Source: the human T2T-CHM13v2.0 reference genome, Homo sapiens
Assembly (NCBI RefSeq): GCF_009914755.1
Contig: NC_060936.1
Direction: 5' to 3' (one strand)
DNA: 64,000 bases
The notes below the pieces were generated by a model. That model worked only from the letters and a program-made list of their open reading frames with translations. It was not told the origin of the DNA and did not search any database. The translations under genes were made by a program, and so were the position numbers. Below are positions 1-11,927 of the stretch, one piece after another. Within the stretch, counting starts at the first letter, position 1, and the number at the start of each line of letters is the position of its first letter.

Positions 1-205
1 TCATGCTTCCAAAAAGGTTTCTTTTAAAATGCATATAAATAGAAAAACTTTCTTGTGACCATGAGGCTAAGTGCTATGTTTCTTCTGACTGAGCTATTAC
101 AGTTATTAAATGCTTTTGATCAAACCAGAAAAATGTTATACATTTAAATAATTATGAGGAAAAATTAAAATGTATTAAAAATCCCACTTCTAATGATGCA
201 GATGG

Positions 206-512
206 TTTTTGTTTGTTTGAGACAGAGTCTGGCTGTGTTGCCCGGGCTGGAGTGCAGTGTTACAGTCTTAGCTCACTCACTCTGCCTCCTGGGCGGAAGT
301 GTTTCCTACCACCTCAGCCTCCCAAGTAGGTGGGACTACAGGCACACGCCACCACAGCCAGCTAGTATTTTTGTTATTTGTTTTTCTTTTTTTGTAGAGA
401 CGGGGTTTCACCATGTTGCCCAACCTTGTGTCAAACTCCTGAGCTCAAGCAGTCCACTCGCCTCAGCCTCCCAAAGTGCTGGGATTACAGATGTGAGCCA
501 CCGTGCCCGGCT
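206..512 (-). mobile_element. Alu (AluJ-like), antisense
   Basis: T-rich tail followed by gagacagagtct...ccaccgtgcccggc. AluJ-type 'ctcctgagctcaagcagtcc'. Diverged TSD gatgcagatgg / gatatagatgg. Confidence 0.93.
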
Positions 513-1255
513 GGATATAGATGGATTTTTGAAATTAGTTCATACCATGAATTAATATTAGTTATTTCCAGAATAAAGCTTGGCTCACCACCAATTAAAT
601 CTCTATTTCTTATTTTCAGAGATGGTATGTTAATGGGAATGAAAGGAATTTTCTTATAATAAGGTCATTCAAAATTTTAAATTTCCTTTAGAGTTATATG
701 GCACAAATTAAATCCTGAACTATCATCAATTTTGCCCAATGATCAGCTGACTAATTGATGAAGTCCTTCTTCAGTTCTGTTGAAAGGAAAACACAGGAAA
801 TCATTTGCTATGCAGGATTTCCTTCCCAGCCTTTCCTCCTTTCCTGGGCTAGGATATTTTGAAAGCCCCTTTGGCTCCTGGGAGGTGGTAAACTCTGGGG
901 CAATGTACCCGGGTAAGTTCAGGGAAGGAGAAAGTGGTGGAAGAGGTTAGTGAAAGGAAGGCAGGAGAGAACCTCCCTCGAGGTTTCTCTTGGATAGGTC
1001 TGGGGAAGAAGTATGTATGGAACTGAGGATTTGAAAATAGATTCCTTTAGAATTCTTCATGCCCACTATTCCCGGGGCAGTCTTTGTGTACTCCCAGAGG
1101 CAAGTGACCCTTGTTTGAATACAGCTGACTAAGGACTTCTCAGGACTTGCTCCTCAGACTGCATCTCCAGAGGCCTCTCTGGGTCTTAAACACCTGTGCA
1201 GCTGCTGACTTGTAGGGGCTGAGGAGCTGCAGGCCCCAGAGGTGAGGACTCTCTG

Positions 1256-1274
1256 AAACCACTAGAGGGAGCCC
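1256..1274 (+). promoter_or_regulatory. Candidate CTCF motif
   Basis: aaaCCACTAGAGGGAGCcc matches the CTCF core CCASYAGRKGGCRS except A for C at motif position 15. Confidence 0.3.
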
Positions 1275-2082
1275 CAACTTTCTCAGAGGACTTTGGACAG
1301 GCCTGGGCAACTGGGCTGAGTCTTACTCAGCACACTGTCAACTGTACCTCCGGGACACTGGATGGATCTAGCCCTTGCCCACCTCCAGAATGAAGCAAGG
1401 GCTAAGAGTGTTCAGAGAAAATTGAATCTCCCTGGAGAGAAGTAGGTCCCTGCACTTCCCTGCTACATCATTTCAGGCTTCTCTGTGACCTCTTCCCGGG
1501 TCGGTTTTCAGTGGGGACAGCGTGCAAGGTGGGCTGAGTTGCAGAGGGCCAACAGGTAGCAAAGTGGAGGAGACACAGCACTAGAAAAGAGAAAAACCAG
1601 TTTGCAGAGATGATTCCTGGGTGTTGAGGTCAGTTCCACCCTTAGAGGTCACCAGATCCCAGAGGTCCTCACTATGTATCCAGCTTTGAAGTTGTGGTGA
1701 CTGATGTGCAAGGGCCCAGAAAAGCAGATGGAAGAAGTGCTAGTTCATGAGTTCCTGCTCATGGAGACCCAGAGGTCTTCGACTCCTCGAAGGCTTCTGG
1801 CAGTCCCGGAGACATCAGGAAAATTAGGAAGACAGGCATTGGAAGCTTCTACATTGAGGGAACATATGGAGATTTTGTACCACTCTTAATTATTGGTGCA
1901 GATTTGCCAATTGGATGAAAATAAGGTACATATTAAGTTCACATTTAACCCTAAAATGGTCAGGCCCATCTATTCAGAGAGTGTATATAGATACCTAGCT
2001 CTGGGCCAGCCTTTGGTAGAATTACTAGGCTTCTAAGGCAACCCCTCCCCTCTGGAGAAAGTACAGGAGAGGTGCTCTAAGA

Positions 2083-2245
2083 TAGTAGTTCTCCAAGTGG
2101 GGTTGCTGGAACATCAGCATACCTGAGAACTTGTTAGAAATGCCAGTTTTCTGGCCCTACTCCAGACCAATTGAAGTAGCAACTGTGGTATAGGGACCCA
2201 CTGATAGGTGTTTAATCAAATTCTGGATTCCAGAAGCTGTTCTAA
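2083..2245. mobile_element. MER5A-like hAT-Charlie MITE
   Basis: tagtagttctccaagtg...catcagcatacctgagaacttgttagaaatgc...ccctactccagacc resembles the MER5A consensus. Confidence 0.75.
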
Positions 2246-5200
2246 GAGGACACTATGAAGTGAGTTTGTGGGGGCTACACGGAGGAAACAGGGTGTGATG
2301 CCAAAGAAAGGATTTGGACAGGTCAGGAGGCAATATTAGGGGCTAAAAACAAAGCATAATTGAAGACAAATTCACAGCCTGGTTCAGCATCTAGTATATG
2401 TGAGCTGGAACAGAGGAGAGAGAGTGGCTATCATCCAGGGCAAGGCGAAGTAAGGCCTTGAGGCTGAAGGAGGGAGTGGGACTTCAAGGGTATGGGAACT
2501 GGGAGCTGTTGCAGCTTTACGAGTGGAAGAGTGACATTGTGACCATTGTATTTGAGAAAAATTACTGAATATTTGGCACAGAAATCTCAAGCTGGGATGT
2601 TTTGAGGATTCTGCCTTTCCAGGGGAATTTCCCAGTGTCCATCCTTTCCTGTGACTCTCCTGCTTCAGAATGGGTAGAGGAGGGGCAATCAGACTGTATA
2701 CAGGGACAAGAAGTGCTCCTGGAGGACATGGCACCACCTGTTAACAGGCCAGCTCTTTCTTAAAGAATTCAGGAGTGAAACCTCTGCTGAGGGGATATCC
2801 TGAGAGAATAGGTTTGGAACCCTCCAAGAGGAACAACAACAAAAAGCCCAGACCATCCTAAGAAGGGATTCCTGGACTTATAGGAGACAGCCAAGAGAAC
2901 ACCTGCACGAGGCTTCAACATAGAGAATGCCACCAAAATAAGGTTTTTACACTCTTGTCACTTACAGCAGAATGGGCCCAAGGTGAAGAAATAAAATTAG
3001 AATAACCCCTTTTATGGAAGCTGAGGGCCTCCCTAATGGAGGCCTTGGAGATGGGCAGATGCACGGGTACAATCTGAAGAGACAACCCCCTTTAGGGATG
3101 AGATCTTTTGCTACCAAATCAGAGTCCCTCTGAAGTGTCTGCTGCAGCTCTCGGGTTGGGGTCAGTTCCTTTTTGTCATCCAAAGTCTCACCCTGAGATA
3201 CCCAGAGCCTGAGGAGGGACAAGGGAAATCTTTCTAGGCATTGCCTAGCTCTTCCTCCCTACTTCATCCCTAACTCCCAGCCCTGGAGCTGGGAGTTTGC
3301 TTCCCAAAGCTGACCTGGCCTCCTTCCCTCCCTCCTTTCCCTGGGTTGTCCAGATCTAAGGGTGACATTGTCCTTCTACTGCTCTCAAACATGGCTTCTG
3401 ACCTCTCCCCTCATATCTCATGATTATCGATCCTTGAGAGTTTCCCTGGCTCCCTGTCCCTTCTTCCTTCTCTACCAGTGTCCCTTGTCTGAACCCACAG
3501 TGGTAGGAAGGAGTGGGCAGCATGGACGGAGAAGAGGAAGTTAAAGAAGACAAGAATGAGAATGGGAGGGCTTTGCTGTTGAGCCAGGGACAGGACTTTG
3601 TAGGTGGCTCCCTCCTTTAGGTTCCTCCCCAACATGGTCATCACCATGCCCACCTACCTGCCATTTACTATTTTTCAAGGAATAAAGAGGAGGTAGCAAG
3701 GAGGGCCTTTAACTTACTTGACAAAGACTAGGCCATCATTCTTTTTTGTTTATTCTTTTCTCCCCAACCCTGCCTGCCATTCTCAGTTATTGTGCCCATT
3801 CTTCTGGGAACAGTGGAACACAGTAACACTCACTAGGCCCTGCCTCTGGCCCCCTCCTCCTCTACTGCCCTGGGAAAATGGAAGTGGCAAAGTGGCAGGA
3901 GCAAGATTGGCTTGTGGCAGAGGGAACAAGGTAATGAAGGAGGAAGAGGTTTCTTGGGAGTGGAGAAAAACCTAGAAGAAACTTTAAAAGGCCCATGGGT
4001 AGAAGCCATGTCATTGTCTGCTGGGAGGGAAAGATGGAGACCTGAATCTAGCACAGGGTAGGCTTGACCCACTCACATGCTCTTGTGCCTCAGCCACCGC
4101 AAACAATGGCATTCTGTGCCTGAATTCCTGACTTCCAACCTCAGGCCTCACAAATGCACACAGGTGGAAAAAGCCTGCAGTCCTCTGCTCTCACAGACCC
4201 TTTCTTGTCTTTCTCCGCTCAGCCCATCTTCTCTGGGAGACTGAAATATGAACCCACACCCCCTCACACTTGGTTCAGGTCTTCAGTTCCATCTCTGCCT
4301 GTGGGATCTGGAGTTGGAGCATTCCGCCTCTTCACTCTGTCCCATGCATGAATAATCTGTCCATTTCTCTAGTCCCTGAGCTTTTGTATGCTGTCTTTCT
4401 CTTGTGTCCTCAGAAAGGCAATGGAGTTTATGTCTCTTAGCCATGTGCTGAGGAGGTGGTGGGCAGATATGCAGTAGAATGACATCTTTCTCCTTTATCT
4501 CATTTTGCCATTTCTTTCCTTACTGCCCATGTCTCCATGGACATATGATTTTTCTCTTTTTCTGTGATGGCAAGGAAATGACATGAGTAGTCAGGATGCA
4601 TAGGCAATGTGGCCCTGGGGGACTGTGTCAGAGGGCTGAAAGGGCAGACTCGGCACTAATGAGTCAGTCAGAAGCCCTGACATTCTGGTCCTGTTCTACA
4701 ACCTCAGGGATGAGAATATGCTTTTTTCTGGAGCCCTTGTACTCAAATAATGGTGGAGTATCTGAACTTGGAATAACAAATCTCAATTCTCTGTTTCTGC
4801 TCAGACACATCTAAAGGTAATCATTTCCTGCCACCTGCCATAAATAATTGATCTCTCAAATAGAACCATGTTTCCTGCTCTCGAACCCTGCTGGTAATGA
4901 TGCCAGTGTAGATGGACCTGCACGATAAGCTTTGAAGCTAACAGGGATTATAACAGGGGTAAGCAGCTTTGGGAAAATGGAGTGCTCTTTTGCTGACTTG
5001 TTTCTGGGGACTTTGCTGATCCTCATGAGGAGCAATAACTGCTGGGTCCATTGATCTAGTACATCCTTGAATTTTTGAGTTAACTTCCTTTCTTTCTAAA
5101 AGCTACATGAATAAATTCTTTGGAATGATGGTATGCTAGCATCTATCCGGGATGCCAGCAAACATGGATTCACACAAAGAGAATGGAGCCCTCTGCAGGA

Positions 5201-5779
5201 AGTTGAATTTCCCCTTTTAATTTCAAGGGCATAATCTCAGATCATTGTAGGGAGGATGGTGGCACAGTCATAATCTTCAGCCTTTGGGAATATAATGAGA
5301 TCTTTTCCTCCCAGATCGCTTCCTCCTCTTGGCTTAGCATTTTCATTCTTTTTAGTGGCCAGTTTATATGATCACCTCTTTCCTCTTTCATTTCTACTTT
5401 ATTGGCTTGAGGATGCACCTAAGAGCATAAATATTGTCTACAAAAATTCCACCCCCAGCCATCACCTCCCCTCCATTTTCAGGAATGTCAAGTTGGGGGT
5501 TTCTAGTATATTTTTGTTTTGTTACTCATGAGCAGTATACCTAGCTGAGTTGGGACATCAGTATATTGTTTCAGGCTGACTAGAGAGGAGCACCTCCAGA
5601 AAGAAATATCATGCAGAAGGCTACCATTCTGACCATTATTAGTGGGCCTAAATACCAGCTAGAAATGTGGGAAAACTCATTAATGAAGGATGCTTAAAAG
5701 CCGGACAAGTAGTAGACAAAGCTTATTTTCTAATAACTAGCTGAAAGAAGAATGAAGAAAGTTCCAAATGTTTAGGAAA

Positions 5780-5895
5780 CATCTACTGTGGCCAGTCATT
5801 GTCAGGCATGCTCACATGTGTGCATTTAATTCTCACAGTAGCCCTAGGAGGTAGGAATTATTATGCTCATTTTACAAATTTGTAAACAAGATTAG
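5780..5895 (-). mobile_element. MIR fragment
   Basis: catttaattctcacagtagccctaggaggtaggaattattatgctcattttacaaat is the antisense MIR core. Confidence 0.7.
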
Positions 5896-6405
5896 AACGG
5901 ATTCTTGGTAGAAAAAATACCTGAAGACCTCTGTTTCAAATAAGTGAACATTGGCCATTTCTGGGTGATTTGGTAACAAAGTTTTGTTTAATGTCTAAAT
6001 TTAACGTGAAACGTCATTTTCATTAAAAAGTACAATTTTATGAAATACTAAATATATAGAAGCCTTGGCCAACATTATAAACCAGGATCTGACATAAATC
6101 CATACCTTCCAACTTCCTTTGACATCACATTATCTTTTCATAACAGATAGTCACATTGGCTAATAGGGTAAAGAAGAAAACCAATAACATCAGAAAACAA
6201 TTCCATCCAGCCTTGCTCTGACTGGGGTCATCACTCTAGGCCACATGCCTTATTTTGCTCTGACACTTCAGGATGTTTCCTGCTGGTATTAGCTGTGCAT
6301 CAAGGCTAAGAGGTCACAGCGCTGTCCTTGCCATTCTCAATAAATCAGTTTTGCAAAATCTCCAGGCCTTCTTGCAGAGGATTCAGACATAGAGGGTGAT
6401 ATAGG

Positions 6406-6778
6406 TGATATAGTTTTGCTGTGTCCCCACCCAAATCTCATTTTGAATTGTAACTCCCACAATGCCCACATGTTACAGGAGAGACCCAGTGGAAGGTCAT
6501 TGAATAATGGGGGCGGGTCTTTACCATGCTATTCTTGTGATAGTGAATAAATCTCACAAGATTTGATGATTATATAAGGGGGAGTTTACCCTGTACAAGA
6601 TCTCTCTTTTTGCCTGCTGCCATCTGTGTAAGACATGGCTTTCTCCTCCTTACCTTCTGCCATGATTGTGAGGCATCCCCAATTACGTGCAACTGTAAGT
6701 CAATAAACCTTTTTTTCCTATATAAATTACCCAGTCTCGAGTATGTCTTTATCAGCAGCATGAAAACGGACTAATACA
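6406..6778 (+). mobile_element. THE1B-type MaLR solo LTR (copy 1)
   Basis: tgatatagttttgctgtgtccccacccaaatctc ... cagcagcatgaaaacggactaataca. TSD ATAGG at 6401-6405 and about 6778-6782. Confidence 0.92.
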
Positions 6779-8337
6779 TAGGGTTGTAGCGGATCAGCTA
6801 TAAAGATGGGCCTCCCTTTAGGCCCTGCAGCAGTATGGCACCAGTTTGAAAGCCTCCATCCAGTCCACATAATGAAAATCAGAAAAAGAACATTCACCAC
6901 TTATCTGTGCTTTCTGCAAAGAAACAGATACCGGGGTGAGGACCAAGACTGCCTTCTTCTTCATGTCATTTTGTATGTCTGTGTAGACAGAGTCGGCAAG
7001 AAGGGAGATATGAAGTGCTTGCAAGGTACCTAGATCTGTCCTTGCATTCAGACATTCCCTTGCTACTTGTAATTCCTTGACAGAAGACATTGTGGTAGTG
7101 GGTACTTAGGAGAGAAACAACTAGAATGGGGCATTTTTCCCAAGGCAAACATTGAATCCTCTCTTGCTGTTACAGAGTAAAATTCCCTGAGGCCTGGGCT
7201 TGGTTTTTCATGCAGATTGAATGATAGCTTTTAATACTGTCTCTAATTTAGTAATTCTCTGTGAGCTCCCTTGAGAAGAGGGCCCAGGTACTCTTATTTT
7301 CCATCTCTCACAAAGAATCAATAATGAAACTAAGTATTGACCATTATATATGTCAAGCATATGATATCTGAAGAATTTAGATGGCTGGGGGCGGGGAAAC
7401 TTTGAATAACCAGATACATACATATAGATAGATAGGTAAAGATATCTCATAGCTCCACTTTCATTTTTTTTTGTTTATAAAATATTCACTATGTGTAAGT
7501 CTTGTGCTAAGCACTGAAGATGCAATGCTGAATAAGACAGCGTGGATTCCTTTTTGTGAAGCATAAGATGTATCTCTCCCAAATATTCTATTGATGACAG
7601 ACTTCTATCATTAGAAGCCTCATAATTTTGTATTCTTTCATCACTTCTAAGGTCAAGTTTTACATGGTAACCTTCCTCAGTTTAGAGACATACTTGTTTT
7701 CTTACTTTTTAGATATTTGTCCTAGAGTTTGCAGTATACATTTACAAGTAATACAAGTCCCCTTTCAAATAACACTATACCACTTGATGGGTAGTGCATG
7801 TACCTTATAATAACAAGATATTCCTAATTCCTCCCTCTCACCCCTTGTATAATGGCTATCATTTGTTTTACTTATACAAAACTATACCTAAGCATATACA
7901 CATGAGCATACATAATCAAATATGTTTTTGCTCTTATTTTGAACAGATTGTCAGATTAAGAATAAGAAAAAGAAATTTTCATTTTATGTTCATTTATTTC
8001 TTGATGATGCTCCTTTTTTCTTTATGAAGATCAGAGTTTCTGACCTGTATCATTTCCCTTGTCTCTGAAAAACTTTTTTCTAACATTTCTTGCAATATAG
8101 GTCTACTGGCAATAAATTTCCTCTTTTTTTTTCTTGCCTAAGAAAGTCTTTATTTCTCTTTCGCTTTTGAAAAATAATTTCACAAGACACAGAATTCTAG
8201 CTTTTTTCAAGAAAAAAAGTGAGTTTCTTTCTCTCAACCCTTCATTACAATGGTCCCTCCTATCCATAGGGGATACATTCTAAGACTTCTAGTGCATGCC
8301 TGAAACTGAGGATAGTACTAAGCCCTCTAAATAGTAT
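6779..8337. repeat. Tandem duplication unit 1 (ZNF75 3'UTR remnant joined to L1/MER44 segment; CDS deleted)
   Basis: 6779-6956 aligns to 8708-8882, 7213-7691 to 8884-9354, and 7690-8337 to 11370-12017. Confidence 0.92.
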
Positions 8338-8707
8338 TGATATGGTTTGGCTGTGTCCCCACCCAAATCTCATCTTGAATTGTAACTCCTACAATTCCCA
8401 TGTGTAGTGGGAGGGACCCAGTGGGAGGTAATTGAATCATGGGGGCTAGTATTTCTGGTGCTGTTCTCGTGATAGTGAATAAGTCTCATGAGATCTGATG
8501 GTTTTGTAAAGAGGAGTTCCCCTGCATAAGCTCTCTCTTTTTGTCTACTGCCATCCATGTAAGTCATGACTTGCTCCACCTTGTCTTCTGCCATGATTGT
8601 GAGGCCTCCCCAGCCACGTGGAACTGTAAGTCCACTAAACCCTTTTTCCCATATAAATTACCCAGTCTCGGTTATGTCTCTATCACCAGCATGAAAATGG
8701 ACTAATA
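8338..8707 (+). mobile_element. THE1B-type LTR (copy 2; chimeric junction LTR)
   Basis: tgatatggtttggctgtgtcccc ... gaaaatggactaata. The left flank matches copy 3's left flank and the right flank matches copy 1's right flank, so there is no matching TSD. Confidence 0.92.
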
Positions 8708-9339
8708 GAGTTGTAGCTGATCAGCCATAAATACAGGCCTCCCCTTAGGCCCTGCAGCAGTATGGCACCAGTTTGAAAGCCTCCATCCAGTCTACATAAT
8801 GAAAGTCAGAAAAAGACCATTCACCACTTATCTGTGCTTCCTACAAAGAAACAGATACCTGGATGAGGACCAAGACTGCCTCCCAGATTGAATGATAGCT
8901 GTTAATACTGTTTCTAACTTAGTAATTCTCTGTGAGCTCCCTTGAGAGGGCCCAAATACTCTTACTTTCCCTCTCTCCTGACAAAGAATAAAGAATGAGT
9001 CTTGACTGTTATATATCTGTCAAACACCTGATACTGGAAGAATTTAGATGACTGGGGCTGGGGAAGCTTCGAATAACCAGATACATACATATAGATAGAT
9101 AGGTAAAGATATCTCATAGCTATACTTTCATTTTTTTTGTTTATAAGATACTCATTATGTATAAGTCTTGTGCTAGGCACTGAAGATGAAATGCTGAATA
9201 AGACAGCTTAGATTCCTTTTTCTGAAGCGTAAGATCTATCCCTCCCAAATGTTCTGTTGATGACAGATTGCTATCATCGAGTGCCTCATAATTTTGTATT
9301 CTTTCATCACTTCTAAGGTGAAGCTCTATGTGGTAACTC

Positions 9340-10860
9340 TCAGTTTAGCGACATTAGACATGCCTTCCTTCTTCTGTGGCTTTTCTGGTGTCTAAGACGG
9401 TTCAACCACCTACTAAAGTTTCTTCTGCATATGATACAAGTATAAGGCAGTTCACCTGTGTGGGTTCTCTGGTGTTTAATAAGGTGGAAGTTCTGAATGA
9501 ATCTTTTTCCACATTCATGACATTTAAAGGACTTCTCTCCCATATGAATTATTTGGTATGTGTGTAGATTTGTGTCATGACTAAAGCATTTCCCGCACCA
9601 TGAGCATCTATATGGTTTTACTCTTTGATGTGTCATGTAGTGCGTATTAAGATCTGAACTCCATCTAAACCTTGTGTCACATTGGTGACGCTTATAGGTC
9701 TTCTGTTTAGTGTGAATTCTCTGGTACTTAATAAGATCAGAGCTAACTGAAGCTTTTCCCACATTCCTGACATTTAAAAGGTTTCTCTCCTGTGTGGTGT
9801 TTCCCATGAAGACACATAAGTTTTGGAAGCTCTTGTTTACAAGTGGCAAGTTTCTTTACTTCCTTGGAAAAGCTCAGTGCTGTTTCTGTACCTTGTGTAT
9901 ATCACCATGATTTTCCCTGCCTGTTGTTTTCTGGACAATTTCATTCTGGTCTGTTTTGATATTTTGCATCCTAGCATTTGTATTTCTGATGCAGAAACCG
10001 ATACAGGATGATCATTTCCAGTGTCATATTTTAGCTTTAACCCTAGAGAGATGACAGCTTCACAGATACTCTGCATTACAACATCATAAAGTCTTCTCAG
10101 GAGGATGCAATAATTGACATTCTTCCTCAGAAAAATACACAACCACTTCTTCAAATGTCAGCAAACTCTGGGACTCAGGCAGGATGAGCTGAGATGCCAT
10201 CTTCCAGTCTTTGGTGCTTTTCTGCTCAGCACAGGCTAAAACCTGTTGAGCATACAAAACTCTTTCATATACAGGCTGGGTTTCTTTGTGAGTATTCCAG
10301 CCTAGCTGTTCTTGTAGTACCCAGTATATATTCCAACATTCCTTCTGGAACACTCGCTTTGGTTAGGGCTCCGCTGGTTTATACTTGAAGTCTGGGGTCA
10401 CTGCTGTTCCTCCCAGGAGCACTGCCTTCTCTCCCAGCTCATGGGCTGTGACCTTATTCTTTGTTTGACCAGGTTCTCTCTGCAAGCGTTTCACCAAGAC
10501 CAGAGCCTGTTTTGACATTCTGTGGATGATGCTTCTGCACCCAGTTCTGGGTATCCTTGTGCAAAATGGTCAGGAACTGCTCTAACATCAATATTTCCAA
10601 GATCTACTCTTTTGGGTGGATCTCTGGCCTCAATCACTGATAGCATAATTTCTGAAGTAGGCTGATAGCCTCTGGCGTTCCAGTTGCTTCATCGTATCAG
10701 AAGGTCTGGAAGTGCCTGTGAGTGCCCTCAGGCCGAGATACTCTATTTATGTGGTGTATTTCTTACTGGGACTGGAGTTCTCTCTCACAGACCCATTAGT
10801 CTCCCACATAGCCCCCATCTGGGGGTTCAAGTATGCATCTGCCTTCAGCTCTCTCATCAT
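9340..10860 (-). pseudogene. ZNF75BP: Processed pseudogene CDS of a SCAN-KRAB-5xC2H2 zinc-finger gene, ZNF75D-derived (possibly ZNF75BP)
   Basis: ATG at 10860 ([21 protein letters not shown]). SCAN remnant ([22 protein letters not shown]), linker [39 protein letters not shown] and fingers ending [11 protein letters not shown], all matching ZNF75D as recalled (RRREACLVSPN). Intronless. KRAB-A joins directly to GLKLK..TGNDHP with no KRAB-B, as in ZNF75D. In-frame TAA at codon 38 (10749-10747) plus further stops and frameshifts. The symbol is from memory. Confidence 0.9.
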
Positions 10861-11250
10861 TGTTTGCTCTAGGAACAGTTTTAACCCTGTGTGTGACACT
10901 GACACCCACCTGGGGCCACCTCTGACAAATGAGGGTGCATCAGGTTTGGTACAATATCAATGAGTAGATCTTCCTAAGAGCACTTCAGTAAGCTCTGGCT
11001 TCCCTGGAGGCCACTTTCCTCTTTCTCAGCTTGACTACCCTCTGTTGCCATGTCTCCCTGCTGCTCTGGGTATTGAAGCTCTGTTCCTGCGCCACATGGG
11101 GAAGCGGTGTCAGGAAAGCGCACTATGCCTGGCAAGTGAAGCTCCAAGATTTTCGGAGCCTTGGAAGGGGCCCTGGAAGACCAGTTTTCCCATTCTATCC
11201 CTCCACCTCCCAGAGACCTTACCCAGATTCACTATTCCTCGGTCGACGTC
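10861..11250 (-). pseudogene. Probable 5'UTR portion of the ZNF75 retrocopy
   Basis: GC-richer sequence with residual CpGs (gaagcggtg, aagcgcac, ggtcgacgtc) contiguous with the ATG. It ends abruptly at the L1 sequence at about 11250. Confidence 0.55.
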
Positions 11251-11927
11251 TGTCTATTTTCTCTTTATTGCGCTTGTTCTTTGCTTCTGTTTTTGTGTTC
11301 CACACTTTTGCTGCCTTTTGTGGTTTAAATTATTTTATATGATTTTATATTCTCTCCTTAGAATATTACCATGCTTGTTTTCTTACCTTTTTAGGTGTTT
11401 GTCCTAGAGTTTACAATATACATTTATAAGTAATCCAAGTCCCTTTTCCAATAACACTGTACCACTTGATGGGTAGTGCATGTACCTTATAATAAGATAC
11501 TCCTAATTCCTCCCTCTCATCCCTTGTATAATTGCTATCATTCATTTTACTTATACAAAACTGTATCTAAACATATACACATGAGCATACATAATCAGAT
11601 ACATTTTTGCTCTTGTTATTTTGAACAAATTGTCAGAGCAATTAAGAATAACAGAAACAAAAGTCTTTATTTTACCTTCATTTGTTCCTTCACAATGCTC
11701 TCCTTCATGAAGATTGGAAGTTTTGACCTATATCATTTCCCTTGTCTCTGAAGAACTTTTTTCTAACATTTCCTGCAAGATAGGTCTACTAGCAACAAAT
11801 TTTCTCATTTTTTTCTTGCTTAAGAAAGTCTTTATTTTTCTTTCACTTTTGAAGAATAATTTCAGAGGGTACAGAATTCTAGGTTTTTTTCTAGAAAAAA
11901 GAGTTCCTTTCTCTCAACCCTTTATTA

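Noticed and set aside
193-555. 120-aa ORF and other ORFs with [15 protein letters not shown] peptides (also at 13707, 19470, 27968, 28676, 46336, 50831)
   Set aside because: Translations of Alu sequence, not genes.
1704-1889. ORF with EKQMEEVLVHEFLL, faintly SCAN-like
   Set aside because: Only a few matching residues and no other SCAN motif nearby.
4990-5030. FWGL peptide reminiscent of SPATA31/FAM205
   Set aside because: Four-residue match flanked by stops; expected by chance.
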